From: Candidatus Latescibacterota bacterium
GTDB taxonomy: Bacteria; Latescibacterota; UBA2968
DNA length: 64,000 bases
Assembly: GCA_965207885.1 (NCBI GenBank)
Contig: OZ242311.1
Span: 5,920,001-5,984,000, forward strand
Direction of reading: 5' to 3'
The notes under the pieces were generated by a model. It had not been told where the DNA came from and searched no databases. It worked only from the letters and a program-made list of their open reading frames with translations. Shown here one piece after another: positions 37,705 through 48,012 of this stretch. A program made the position numbers and the translations under genes. How positions within the stretch are numbered: the stretch's first letter is position 1; each line of letters starts with the position of its first letter.

Positions 37705-39210
37705 TCAGGACGTCAATTTGTCAAACAGATTTTTTACTTCCCGTTCTTTGGCTGGGGTGCGCGTTCCGATCCATCCTTCGCCGAAGTACAAGCACAGGCC
37801 GACGAGGATTTCGCCTCCGGTATAAATGGCGAAGTTGTCCGTTATTTGTACGAGGATGGCGTAGGTCATCAGGCCGCCTGCAAGAGCTAATATTGCGCCT
37901 CGCGCTGTGGGTTTTCGAAAGAGCATGCCGAACATTAGGGGTATTGCTATGGGGGATAGGAGTGCGCCAAATATTTGGACAGTTGCGGTGAATACTTTTT
38001 CTGCGCCTTTGCTTTCGGCGATGATAACGCCCGTGATAATGATGGCTATTCCAAATATCAATGTGACGATTTTGCCTGCGCGGAAGAGTGATTGCTGCGT
38101 CCATGCGCGCTTGATATTGCGCTGATAGACATCTTTTGTGAATACGGCGGCGAGGGCGTTGAGGTCGCTGTCGATCATGGACATGGTGGCGGCGAACATG
38201 GAACAGATCAATAGGCCGATCAATCCGGGCATGAGTTCGGAGAGTACGCGCTGGGCCATCAATACGTAGGTTTGCTGGAGGTCAAAGCCGGGTAGGGGTG
38301 TGAGTGTTACGGGGTCGAAGTATTCGGTGAGTATTAATGGCGCGGCCCAGGCGGGCAGGAAGATGACGATGGGGTATAGCAGGTAGAGGAATCCCGAGAG
38401 GAGCGCGGCTTTTTGGGTGTCCCGTGGGTCGGATACAGATATGAATCGCTGCGCTAATCCCCAGGTGGCGCCGTTGTAACTGAAGATGACGACGATGAGA
38501 TAGACAAACCAGAAATCGATTCCAATGCCGGCTTCGGCGTTGAAGAATGTGCCGCGTTCGGCGGGCAATTGTTCCCACAGGGGGTTCCATCCGCCGATGT
38601 TGTCGAGTACGAGATAGAGTACGATTGAGCTGATGACGAGCTGGACGACAAATTGGATCAGGTCGGTTAATACCGCGGCCCACAGTCCGCCTATGAGGAC
38701 GTAGGCTACGGTGATTATGCCTGCGACCAGTACGACGGGCAATACGGCCCAGCCCGTGACGGTTTGTACGACGACGGATATCGCGTAGAGTTTGATTCCG
38801 AGGTCTATGAATTTGACGCCGATGCCAGAGAGTGCCACCAGAAAACGCACGGAGTTGCCGTATCGCGCTTCGAGATATTCCACGGGTGTGAGTACTTTGA
38901 GGCGAGACCAGCGCGGTGCCCAGACGAGGCAGCCGATCATCATGGCGATAAAACACGATAGGGAGAATAGCGTCCACATGCTGAATCCGGCGGTTGCTGC
39001 CCGTCCCGCAAAGCCCACGAAGACGACTGCGCTGTATCCAGAGACGTGGTGGGATATGGCGGCCATCCACCAGGGGAGGTTGTGTCCGGCGGCGAAGTAC
39101 GCATCCACGTCCTGAGATTTTCGTTTGGCAATCCCGCCCACCCAGGCCATGAGCAGGGCGTAGAGGAGGATGACGATAAAGTCTGTGGGTGATAGCATGT
39201 TTACGTCCAT
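37705..39210 (-). CDS. Sodium:solute symporter family protein
   Basis: YFAAGHNLPWW, EYLEARYG, GGLWAAVLTD, AATMSMIDS.LN. Confidence 0.92.
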   Translation of the reverse strand: MDVNMLSPTDFIVILLYALLMAWVGGIAKRKSQDVDAYFAAGHNLPWWMAAISHHVSGYSAVVFVGFAGRAATAGFSMWTLFSLSCFIAMMIGCLVWAPRWSRLKVLTPVEYLEARYGNSVRFLVALSGIGVKFIDLGIKLYAISVVVQTVTGWAVLPVVLVAGIITVAYVLIGGLWAAVLTDLIQFVVQLVISSIVLYLVLDNIGGWNPLWEQLPAERGTFFNAEAGIGIDFWFVYLIVVIFSYNGATWGLAQRFISVSDPRDTQKAALLSGFLYLLYPIVIFLPAWAAPLILTEYFDPVTLTPLPGFDLQQTYVLMAQRVLSELMPGLIGLLICSMFAATMSMIDSDLNALAAVFTKDVYQRNIKRAWTQQSLFRAGKIVTLIFGIAIIITGVIIAESKGAEKVFTATVQIFGALLSPIAIPLMFGMLFRKPTARGAILALAGGLMTYAILVQITDNFAIYTGGEILVGLCLYFGEGWIGTRTPAKEREVKNLFDKLTS

Positions 39211-39213
39211 TCA

Positions 39214-39320
39214 GCGAATCAACGAATCAACGAATCAACGAACCCTGCCCATCCTCCCAAAATCAGTGTGTATTGCCATTCGTCTATTCGTCTATTCGCG
39301 CTTTTCTCGTCTATTCGTCC
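39214..39320. repeat. Inverted 8-mer tandem repeats
   Basis: (CGAATCAA)n ... (TTCGTCTA)n. Confidence 0.8.
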
Positions 39321-40081
39321 AATCCCGCGATTAGTTCTTCCGATGTCAGAGAATAGTGTCCGAACATTTCCAGGAAGAGTACGGCGCCCCGCGTCTGTCC
39401 GAGGGTTTCGTGCGTTTCAAAGGATTCCATTCCCGTGGTGCAGTCCCGCAGGAGGATGATTTCATATCCGCGGCGGCCCATTGCGAGGGTTCCGTAGTCT
39501 CTCATCAAGATGCAGGCGTTGGTGTTGAAGCCCAGATAGAAGAGGAAGAGTATGTCCTTTTGTTTGCACCAGCGATGGAGTTCTTCGCCGGTTGAGATGA
39601 CGGCTTCCTGCCCCTCTACCTGTACGAGGGGGTGCATTGCGAGTCTGGCGCGGGTTTCGGTGAGTTCTTCTTCGCGCGGTTCTATGGGGCGCGCATAGTG
39701 TTCATATATTCCCGTTTTGCTGCGAAATTCGGCTGGGGGCCAGTTGTTTTTGGCGTTGGTGGATGTTTTTCCCTTTTCGATCAGGTTCACCCAGGATGGA
39801 TGCGCTTCAGCCAGGCGAGGCGCCGGGGCGTGAACGATGGGCATTTCCGCTTTTCGACAGGCGTGTAGAAGGGGGACGATGTTGTTGCTTACGATTTCCT
39901 CGGATCGAGCTTTCGTGTCTTTCAGGTAGTGATGCGACCAGATATCGACGAGTACGAGTGCTGTTTGCGCTATCGGGATCTCCCAGTTGAGGTGGGCATA
40001 GCTCGTGTTCTTTTCGATCCAGACGATGCCTTCGTCAACGTGCCAGCGATAGTAGCGGGGGGCGATGGTTATTTTGTTCAT
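39311..40081 (-). CDS. Isochorismatase-family cysteine hydrolase
   Basis: TALVLVDIW, PIVHAP, LGFNTNACI, LLRDCT. Confidence 0.85.
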   Translation of the reverse strand: MNKITIAPRYYRWHVDEGIVWIEKNTSYAHLNWEIPIAQTALVLVDIWSHHYLKDTKARSEEIVSNNIVPLLHACRKAEMPIVHAPAPRLAEAHPSWVNLIEKGKTSTNAKNNWPPAEFRSKTGIYEHYARPIEPREEELTETRARLAMHPLVQVEGQEAVISTGEELHRWCKQKDILFLFYLGFNTNACILMRDYGTLAMGRRGYEIILLRDCTTGMESFETHETLGQTRGAVLFLEMFGHYSLTSEELIAGLDE

Positions 40082-40108
40082 CCTTCAAGTCTCCGTTCAA
40101 AGTGATGA

Positions 40109-40250
40109 AGAATCAACGAATCAATGAAACAGGTAATGTACCTGAAAGCCGTCATTGCGGCATGGTTTAAGCCGCCACGCGAAGCATGACGCCAGTAATC
40201 CAGAGGTTTTGGGTGGTAAGGCGGGGTTCGTCTATTCGTCTATTCGTCTA
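40109..40250. repeat. Composite element: inverted 8-mer arms enclosing 33-bp palindrome copy 4 (40151-40203, with a 21-nt insertion)
   Basis: GAATCAACGAATCAA ... GTCATTGCGGCATGGTTTAAGCCGC[ins]AATCCAG ... TTCGTCTATTCGTCTATTCGTCTA. Confidence 0.75.
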
Positions 40251-42642
40251 TGCGCCTGATTTCTCCACGACCAATGGTGTGCGTTCTGTCTTCTCCTGCG
40301 ATTTTTACTTCTGCATGCTCGGAACTGGAGGCGTATAGTGCCCCGTCGGATATGGCGTCTATACGCGCATCGCCTTCTATGTTCAGTATTTGGGTTGCGC
40401 GGAGGAGGCAGGCTGATTCGCCGCCGATGGGGATGCGGTAGCGTGCGCGGTTTCCATGTGTTTCGAGGATGGTGCCGGGGAAGATGGGGAGTTGTTCGGT
40501 TCTGTTTGCGGTGAAAGTGCATATTTGTTGCGATGTGCCGAAGTTTGCGGCGGCGAGATATCCTTGGGCTATGAGGCCAACACCGTCTTCTGATGCAGTC
40601 AGAATTTCGAAGGGGGTGTCGGGTGTGTCAGCAGCGGTTTGTTCAGGGATTAGCAGGGCGGTGAGACGGCCCGCTTCTTCTCCTGCTCGAAGGGGTTTTT
40701 CACCCGATAGTCGAGATAGGGTGAGGTCGTCGGCTATGGCGCGGTAGGGGTTGAAATAGTGCCGGTTGTGGTAAATTGTGTCGCCATTTCCGGTAAAGTG
40801 TATGCCCAGACGGTTGTCTATGTTGAGATAGGGGGGTTGGCTCAGGTTGTCGATTATGTCGTCGGATTCCGATTCGCCGTGCCAGCCCGCGTACCGGGTT
40901 TCGCCGTCGGGGCGATATAGCACGCGCTCGCCTCGGCAGTTGGGGGCCAGGTGTGAGAAGTATTCGTTGGTGATGCGCAAGAATCCCTGGTTGAGTTCTT
41001 CCAGTACGAGTTCTTCCCGGGCAGTGAATTTTTCAAAGGACAAGATGCGGCCGTCTGGCAGGCTGGCAAAGAGTACGTGCTGCCGCAGGGATTCCTGGCA
41101 GCGGTCTATGACGAGGGCGGCGGCAAAGCTGTCGTCGTATTCGGCGATTCGCACGGTTTTGAGGCGGTGGCTGTCGGGGCGGTTTTGTACGATGGGTGTG
41201 CCGAGCCATGTGTCGGAACAGGGGGCGATGGTGTAGATGCCCTCTCGCGTGAGGGGTAGTGCCATTATTGAGTTGCGCCAGGCAAATGAGGTCTGTCCGT
41301 GCGGGTGTCTGTGGTGTACAAATCCCCCGTGGGGGAAGTGGCGCACGCCCGAGAGACGCGATTCCATTTCCGCGGTGGGTGCAGGCGATGGGCCTGGTCC
41401 CAGGAGGCGATGGAGGAGGTACAGGCCAGCGGCTCCCGAAATTGAGACTTCGCGCATGATCATGGGGTCTTGCTGGTCGTGTGCTTTTTGGGCGAGGTCC
41501 TGGTCGTACATCCGCCCGCCATTTCCGCGCTGACGGCGCTCGGCATGTTCCAGTCCCAGGCGTTCCAGGGCTGCGGCGTCCGCGTCGTCAAAATATACGG
41601 CGGCAATCGCATGCGCTGCAATGGTTGCGAATATGTTTAGATAATGCCAGTCCATTCCCTGAACGGCCTGGGCATATCCGCCACCGTCGGTGAGTGCTTT
41701 CAGGTTTTCGTACACGCGCCGTTTGTTCCAGAAGAGTTCTGGGGGCAGTTCGCGTCCCCAGAGTTGGTACAGGCAGCCTGCGCTCATGAGGGGAGAGAGG
41801 CCCGATGCCGTGTAGCTGGGGTGGACCATGCCGTGGTTTTCCGCGAGGTAATCGGGGAGTGCTGTGAAGATTTTTCCGGTCAGGGTTCGCGCGGTTTTGT
41901 CACCTACGATGCCGAGGTCTTTGGTGTCTTGCGGCGCAGCGCATGTGGAGAACATCCATCTGCGAGCGGTTGCTTCCCAGGCTGCGGCGTCCGCGTGTTC
42001 GGATAAGAAGAGGAAGCAAGAGGTGAGTCCGTGAGAGGTCCAGGCGTTTTCTTCCATTTGGGTGTCTGTATAGACGCCGCTTTTGGGCGCCATGTCGCCG
42101 AATCGCGCGGCGTAGTCTTCATGTACGCGGGCGACCATCATCCAGGTTTCTTCATCGATCCATTCCCGCAGTAACAAGCAGATGCGCGCGAGGCCAGCGA
42201 CGGTGCTGCCGCACTGGCTTTCGCGGAAGAAGCCTTTGCCCCGTTCGCCCCATTTGGTGTCGCAGTTTTCCGGGCGGCCCAGTCCTTCTGAGGGACGCAC
42301 GCAGTCTTCGGGACCGGAGTCGTGGGTGAAACACAGGTATCGCACGCCTTTGATCGCCATTTCCCGCAGGGTGTCGCGGGATACGCCCGTGGATGCTTCG
42401 TCGTATTCTGGAGATGTACTGGCGTAAGCAAAGGTTTCGGCACAGCTGATGGTTTCGATTCCGTACCAGTGACATCCGCCGAAGAAATGCCCGCAGTTGG
42501 GACGGTCGGGCCAGTCGGCAAAGTACGCGATGCCCGTTGGTATCCACTGTTCGATCATCCGAAGATAACGGCGACTCATTTCGTTTTCAGTGTCGGGAAG
42601 GTGCGGATGCTGCAGGTCTGTGATGTCGGTCATGCGTACCAT
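40240..42642 (-). CDS. Hypothetical protein, possible alpha/alpha-toroid lyase-like
   Basis: 800-aa ORF with AAGGAG RBS; helical N-half (DTQMEENAW, ENHGMVHPSY) and beta-rich C-half. Confidence 0.65.
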   Translation of the reverse strand: MVRMTDITDLQHPHLPDTENEMSRRYLRMIEQWIPTGIAYFADWPDRPNCGHFFGGCHWYGIETISCAETFAYASTSPEYDEASTGVSRDTLREMAIKGVRYLCFTHDSGPEDCVRPSEGLGRPENCDTKWGERGKGFFRESQCGSTVAGLARICLLLREWIDEETWMMVARVHEDYAARFGDMAPKSGVYTDTQMEENAWTSHGLTSCFLFLSEHADAAAWEATARRWMFSTCAAPQDTKDLGIVGDKTARTLTGKIFTALPDYLAENHGMVHPSYTASGLSPLMSAGCLYQLWGRELPPELFWNKRRVYENLKALTDGGGYAQAVQGMDWHYLNIFATIAAHAIAAVYFDDADAAALERLGLEHAERRQRGNGGRMYDQDLAQKAHDQQDPMIMREVSISGAAGLYLLHRLLGPGPSPAPTAEMESRLSGVRHFPHGGFVHHRHPHGQTSFAWRNSIMALPLTREGIYTIAPCSDTWLGTPIVQNRPDSHRLKTVRIAEYDDSFAAALVIDRCQESLRQHVLFASLPDGRILSFEKFTAREELVLEELNQGFLRITNEYFSHLAPNCRGERVLYRPDGETRYAGWHGESESDDIIDNLSQPPYLNIDNRLGIHFTGNGDTIYHNRHYFNPYRAIADDLTLSRLSGEKPLRAGEEAGRLTALLIPEQTAADTPDTPFEILTASEDGVGLIAQGYLAAANFGTSQQICTFTANRTEQLPIFPGTILETHGNRARYRIPIGGESACLLRATQILNIEGDARIDAISDGALYASSSEHAEVKIAGEDRTHTIGRGEIRRIDE

Positions 42643-42675
42643 TTTGTTCTCCTTTCAAGGAGGCGGTCAACCACC

Positions 42676-42708
42676 GTCATCGCGGCATGATGTTGAGCCG
42701 CGATCCAG
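42676..42708 (+). repeat. 33-bp palindromic element, copy 5
   Basis: GTCATCGCGGCATGATGTTGAGCCGCGATCCAG. Confidence 0.9.
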
Positions 42709-42737
42709 AAGGGTTTTTTTAATTACTGACGTCGTGC

Positions 42738-45700
42738 CTATGCCTGTGTGCTGATCGCTGTAGTCCATTCATAATCGACGGTTGCACACATTGTTTCGAT
42801 TTCGCCATTGGCGATGTGAAGGTGTACGGCGTTTTGTATTTCGCACGGGTCACCTGTAGAAATATTATATGTGAAGCCTTCTTCGTAATCCTCGCGGGAT
42901 GCGAGTCCCCGGATGAAGGAGGTGTCACCCACTTCTACGCGTACTTTGTTTTTTGCTGAAGATACTATGTCGGAGATGGTGTAACAGGCGTCCCGAATGC
43001 CGTCGTTTAAGATGCGGAGTTGTGTGCCGATGAGGCGTTTGTCCGTGGGGAGAGGGCCTTCTATTTCGATCCAGGCGGGGCCGGTTTCTTCGCGGTGAAA
43101 GTCCGTTACGGTGCCGCGGTGAACTGGGGTGTTGATCCGCAGGGTTCCAGAGGTGGTGTTTACCTGCGTTCCGCCGAGTAAAAAGATGGATATTTGTCCG
43201 TTGTTCCGGGATATGACTGCAAATCGCCCCGCGGCTGCGATGTTTTCGCTCAGGTTAAATACGCGGTTTGGGTCGTCTGATGACAGGATGTGATCTGTTC
43301 GGCCTGTATGGGTTGTTATTTTTATAGCCGCTGCTGCTATGTCGCGTTCTTCTGTGCCGAGGTCAATGCGGGTGGCGTCTGCTATATGAGGCTGACCCTC
43401 GCGATAAGGCTCTATGATGGAGGCAAAGAGGCTTTTTCGGTCTGCACTGGCGTTGCGTAATAGTACGTAGCGGATGCGCCGGGGGTTGCCGGGTTTGTTT
43501 TGTGGGGGGTCGCCCCATGCAAGCGCCGCGTTTTCTGCGTTGGATAATACGCGGTAGCGCAGGTGCAGGGGGGTGTCACCGTGCTGGGTTTTCCAGGTAT
43601 CTGCGAGTTTCCAGTCTGCCCACCATCCAGCCGCGGGTTTCTCGGCGCGGTGAACGCCGTAGAGGTAGGCAAAGCCGCTGCCGCGGTAGCGTCCATCAGG
43701 TGGTCCGTCGTAGTGCGTGCCGAAGGAGATGGTTTTGCCTGCGTATGTTCCTTCTTCTTGTGGGGTGAGGTCGATGCCCTGGATGCTTACGTCGCCTTCT
43801 CCGGCGTGGAAGCTCATGATGTGGTCGTTTCCGCCATTCACGCGGAAGAAGTCGATGAGGTAAGATTCGGTGGGCGATACGTCGATCATTGCGAGGGTGC
43901 GCCGATAGTCCCGTGTGTCGGGATAGATTTCGGGGGATGCGATTTCGACGACGCCTATTCCCTGCGAGGTGGCAAAATATTGGCAGTGTCCTATCCAGTT
44001 CACTTCTTGTTGCTGCTGGTTTATCATTACTGTGTTGTGTGAGATGGTGTTTGTGGTCCAGCCCGCCCGTTTGGGCCATTTGCTGTCGGCGTATTCAGGA
44101 TATCCCAGGTCGGGCAATACGTCCATTCCGCGGTAGTACATTCCAATGTTCAATCGATCTCGGTGGCCGTGTCCGCCGTTGCGCCCGTAATACAGCCAGG
44201 CCGCCCGCTGGTCGTGTCCCTCGCCATGCCGGAATACGGTGAGTCCGTATCCGTTCAGGTTTTCGCTTTTGAGCTCTAATTCGCCGTGTTGTTTTGCGAT
44301 TTCGAGGACGGTTTTCTGGATTGCTTCGGGTTCGGGATCGAAGATGGAGGTGTGCAGACCTTCTACGCGGTTTCCGTTGAGTTTGTACGCAAGGCGCGCG
44401 AGGTCGGGGTCGCCAAGCCGGGCATAAGCGCTGATGATTGTTTGGAGTTCTACGCGTACCATGCCTTCGCCTCCGGTGTTGCCGGTGTCGCCGATGTGGG
44501 GGGTGTAGCGGTCCAGTGCGGTGAGGCGATAGGGCACGCTGTACATGCGTTTGAGGCGGGGATAGTCGCGATATAGATCGTAGTCCCGGTATTTGCGACA
44601 TCGATCCAGTATCCATGCACAGCGGGCAAATGCGTTCATCCAGCCGAAGCAATAGCCGGGGGCTGCTTCGTTGCCAACGCCGTCTCGATCTACTTTTCCG
44701 ATCAGGGTTGCCGGGATGTGTCCCCCATCAGTGCCCCGGGATTCTCCGGGTTCAAAGAGCCAGTCCAGTGCTTTGGGCGTTTCTCGTGGGTCGTCCAGTA
44801 CTGCCGCGGCTGTGGCCATGGCAGTTTGGGTCATGCCTTCGTTGCCGCGGATGCGCCGGTCTCGACAGGAGCGTATGAATTCTCGGAGGAGTCCGTGTTT
44901 GATGTTTTCGCGGATGTGGGCGATGCTCGATTTGGGCTGTGCGATCTGCCATTTTTCCGCTTGTGCGGATAGGAATTGGACGAGTTCATTGTCGTCTTCT
45001 ATTCCTTCGGAGATCATGTCGTAGGATAGGGATAGGGTCTCGGCCATGCCGTTTTCCCATATACAGCCTGTGATGCGGCCCATGCCCGTGCTGCCGTGGG
45101 AGTTGTAGAGGCCCAGGTCCGAGTAGGGGGTTAAGTCCATGTCGGGATAGACGTCTGCGATGCGGTCCAGGATGACGGCGCCTTTGTGGGCATAGGCGGT
45201 GTCTCCGGTGTAGAGATACGCTTTGCCCAGGGCGAGAGCGGCTGCTGGTAGTTCCTTCCATGTGCAATAATGGCTGTAGTAGGCGATGAACCACCAGCGG
45301 TTTCCCGATTCGTCGATCCAGCCCATGCCGTCATCTACTGCATAGTTTGGGGCATTGGCGTTTTCAGCGTTGTATAGCAGGGATTCATCGGCGAGGCTGC
45401 GTTCGAAGATTCCACCGGATCCCAGACCGCTTTTGTAAAATGCCTCGAAGTTGTTTTTGGGCCAGATCTCTCCGCACGACGGACATTCCAATTTGTAGGG
45501 GCGGTGCAGCGATACTTTCCAGGGGTAATTTCCGAATGCATAGACGTCTCGGCCACATTCGGGACAGCCGAGGTCGGGGTTGACGTGGATGCCGCGGGGG
45601 ATGGATTGTCCGGTGATCAGGTCCCAGATTTCTCCATCGCTTCGCGCCATATAGGGCGCGCATGTTTCGATTGCGGTATCTCGCTCAGCTCTCGCCCAGG

Positions 45701-45758
45701 CGTAGCGTTCGATGTTTCGCCGGGCATTGTTCATTTCTTCGGGTGTGTACAGGCCCAT
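42738..45758 (-). CDS. Heparinase II/III-family protein
   Basis: GHGHRDRLNI, PDLGYP, TISHNTVMIN, YRRTLAM, DFFRVNGG; N-terminal CPECG and CPSCG. Confidence 0.8.
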   Translation of the reverse strand: MGLYTPEEMNNARRNIERYAWARAERDTAIETCAPYMARSDGEIWDLITGQSIPRGIHVNPDLGCPECGRDVYAFGNYPWKVSLHRPYKLECPSCGEIWPKNNFEAFYKSGLGSGGIFERSLADESLLYNAENANAPNYAVDDGMGWIDESGNRWWFIAYYSHYCTWKELPAAALALGKAYLYTGDTAYAHKGAVILDRIADVYPDMDLTPYSDLGLYNSHGSTGMGRITGCIWENGMAETLSLSYDMISEGIEDDNELVQFLSAQAEKWQIAQPKSSIAHIRENIKHGLLREFIRSCRDRRIRGNEGMTQTAMATAAAVLDDPRETPKALDWLFEPGESRGTDGGHIPATLIGKVDRDGVGNEAAPGYCFGWMNAFARCAWILDRCRKYRDYDLYRDYPRLKRMYSVPYRLTALDRYTPHIGDTGNTGGEGMVRVELQTIISAYARLGDPDLARLAYKLNGNRVEGLHTSIFDPEPEAIQKTVLEIAKQHGELELKSENLNGYGLTVFRHGEGHDQRAAWLYYGRNGGHGHRDRLNIGMYYRGMDVLPDLGYPEYADSKWPKRAGWTTNTISHNTVMINQQQQEVNWIGHCQYFATSQGIGVVEIASPEIYPDTRDYRRTLAMIDVSPTESYLIDFFRVNGGNDHIMSFHAGEGDVSIQGIDLTPQEEGTYAGKTISFGTHYDGPPDGRYRGSGFAYLYGVHRAEKPAAGWWADWKLADTWKTQHGDTPLHLRYRVLSNAENAALAWGDPPQNKPGNPRRIRYVLLRNASADRKSLFASIIEPYREGQPHIADATRIDLGTEERDIAAAAIKITTHTGRTDHILSSDDPNRVFNLSENIAAAGRFAVISRNNGQISIFLLGGTQVNTTSGTLRINTPVHRGTVTDFHREETGPAWIEIEGPLPTDKRLIGTQLRILNDGIRDACYTISDIVSSAKNKVRVEVGDTSFIRGLASREDYEEGFTYNISTGDPCEIQNAVHLHIANGEIETMCATVDYEWTTAISTQA

Positions 45759-45926
45759 CGCGATGCTCCTTATTGGGTACCAGCGATAAATTTTTATGGC
45801 TTGTTGCCGCTATGTGTGACTATATTAGGTCGCAAATTTACATGACATATTTCCAAATTCAAGAAAATTTGGGTTTGCTTTAAATGAGTATTTGACGATA
45901 TCGCAGAGCATTTCTTCGAAAACACT

Positions 45927-47915
45927 ATGGCCCTTCCCGAAACCCTGTCTCCCACATCTGAAGATGCCCAGAGAAGAGCGGCGCGCATTACGCCTCGCAG
46001 TGTTGCGCTGGGGCTTCTGATTTCTTGTCTGGCGAGTGCATGGGTGACGTATTCCCGCACGGCTGCAAATACTTCCGCGGTTAATATTACGCATCTTCCG
46101 GTTTCTATTTTCGCGATTTTTTTGTGCGTTTTTATTGTCAATACGCTTTTGAAGATTCGGTTCGACAAACAGGGTCTGGCTTCTCGAGAACTGGCTGTTA
46201 TTTTTGCGATGGGCCTGATTGGGGCGATTATTCCCGCGCGTGGGTTGACCGGTGTTTGGCTGGGGCTGATGGCCGCGCCGCATTATCTGGCTACGCCGGA
46301 GAATGGGTGGATTGACAATGTTCAGCCCTTTCTTCCGCCTTATCTCTTTCCTTCCAATGATCACCAGCAGACGACGTTTTTGTACGAGGGGCTACCATCT
46401 GGGGTGTCCATTCCGTGGGAGGTCTGGATTGGTCCGATTTTCTGGTGGGTTACGCTGATTCTGGCGGGGTTTGTGGTGTGTTTTTGTATTGTGGTTATTC
46501 TTCGCAAGCAGTGGGTTGAGAGCGAGCGTCTGGATTATCCCCTGCTCGCACCTGTTCTGGAGATGGTTGCAGAGACGCGCGATTCTTCGGGTCGAAGTGG
46601 CTGGCCGATCCTTTTTCGGGGGTATCTTTTTTGGATTGGTTTTGGGCTGGCGTTTGGGATTATCGGGTGGAATATTGTTACTTATTTTTATACGACGGTT
46701 CCCCGCATTAGCATGAGTCCGAATGGCGGGCTTTTTTATTTTGCACGCCTTTTTCCGCCGCTGTTGACGCATATTAATACTTATACGATTGGTTTTGGAT
46801 ATTTTGTCAATCTGGAGATCCTTTTTTCGATCTGGTTCTTCCACTTTTTGCTGATGGGCGAGATTGCACTTATTCGGAAGACGGGTTTTCAGTTTGGACG
46901 CATGCACCAGAAGGGCGGCGGATGGGGCGATCCCCTGGTGCAGTGGCAGTGTATGGGCGCGCTTTTTGTGTTTGTGGGTTGGGGGCTGTGGACTGCGCGG
47001 CGGCACTTGAAGGCGGTTTTTCGGAAGGCCTGGAATGACGATCCCGATGTGGATGATGCGGGCGAGCTTCTTTCCTATCGCACGGCTGTGATTGGCCTGA
47101 TTGTGGGTGTTGCCTATATCATAGCCTATCTTTTGAAGGCGGGGGTTGCGCCGGGGCTCTTGATGATTACGATACCGGCGGCGATTGTTATTTATATCGC
47201 GCTTGCCCGTTTTGTGTGTGAGTCGGGTACGCTGTACCTGGGTATTCCCACGACGCCTCTGGATATGGGTTTTCAACTGATCGGTACGGTTACGATTGAT
47301 CCGAGGACGATTGCCGTGGGTTCTACGGCTCATGCGTTGCGCTGGATGCTGTTTATGCCGGCGCTGTCGCAGAATGCCAAAATTTTTGATCGCGTGCCGG
47401 GGAATAAGCGCGCGCTTTTCTGGGTGTTGCTTTTGGGGTTGGTCGGCGCGCTGGTGGTCAATATTTCGATGGTGCTCTATCTGGGCTATACACACGGGGC
47501 ATACAATTTTACGGAGTATCCGTTTACCCGGTACGCGCCCCGGCTGTACGACGCTATTGTTACGAAGATCAAATCTCCCGAGCCAGCTTCATGGGAGCGG
47601 ATGGTGCTGTTCGGTTTTGGGGGTCTCATTTTTGCGATTCTCACGGCGCTTCGGTATCGCCTGCCTTGGTGGCCCATCCATCCCGTGGGTTTTATTATTA
47701 CGACGACGAGTATTCTCCACGAGATTACGTCTCTTATTATTGTCTGGCTGTTCAAAGCTATTGTGATCCGGGTGGGTGGTGTGTCCCTTTATGAAAAATA
47801 CCGTCCGCTCTTTTTCGGGATTATTGCAGGCAGGGCGACGGGGGTGCTGGTTTCATTTGTTGTCGATTTGATCTGGTTTCCCGGGGGTGGGCACGGGGTA
47901 CACGGTTGGGCGTGA
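45927..47915 (+). CDS. DUF6785/DUF6784 family polytopic membrane protein (OPT-like putative transporter)
   Basis: ITPRSVALGL, TPENGW, RKQWVESERLDYP, WWPIHPVG, PLFFGIIAG; paralog of 18520-20505. Confidence 0.82.
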   Translation: MALPETLSPTSEDAQRRAARITPRSVALGLLISCLASAWVTYSRTAANTSAVNITHLPVSIFAIFLCVFIVNTLLKIRFDKQGLASRELAVIFAMGLIGAIIPARGLTGVWLGLMAAPHYLATPENGWIDNVQPFLPPYLFPSNDHQQTTFLYEGLPSGVSIPWEVWIGPIFWWVTLILAGFVVCFCIVVILRKQWVESERLDYPLLAPVLEMVAETRDSSGRSGWPILFRGYLFWIGFGLAFGIIGWNIVTYFYTTVPRISMSPNGGLFYFARLFPPLLTHINTYTIGFGYFVNLEILFSIWFFHFLLMGEIALIRKTGFQFGRMHQKGGGWGDPLVQWQCMGALFVFVGWGLWTARRHLKAVFRKAWNDDPDVDDAGELLSYRTAVIGLIVGVAYIIAYLLKAGVAPGLLMITIPAAIVIYIALARFVCESGTLYLGIPTTPLDMGFQLIGTVTIDPRTIAVGSTAHALRWMLFMPALSQNAKIFDRVPGNKRALFWVLLLGLVGALVVNISMVLYLGYTHGAYNFTEYPFTRYAPRLYDAIVTKIKSPEPASWERMVLFGFGGLIFAILTALRYRLPWWPIHPVGFIITTTSILHEITSLIIVWLFKAIVIRVGGVSLYEKYRPLFFGIIAGRATGVLVSFVVDLIWFPGGGHGVHGWA

Positions 47916-47954
47916 GGGGAAGTGTGAAGTGTGAAGGGTGAAGTGAGAACACCC

Positions 47955-47986
47955 GTCATCGCGGCATGGTTTTAGCCGCGATCCAG
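47955..47986 (+). repeat. 33-bp palindromic element, copy 6, preceded by GTGTGAA heptamers (47919-47948)
   Basis: GTCATCGCGGCATGGTTTTAGCCGCGATCCAG. Confidence 0.9.
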
Positions 47987-48012
47987 ATTGGATGGTCATC
48001 TCTATTGCATCA

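Noticed and set aside
46392-47495. 367-aa minus-strand ORF
   Set aside because: Antisense shadow of the DUF6785 membrane gene
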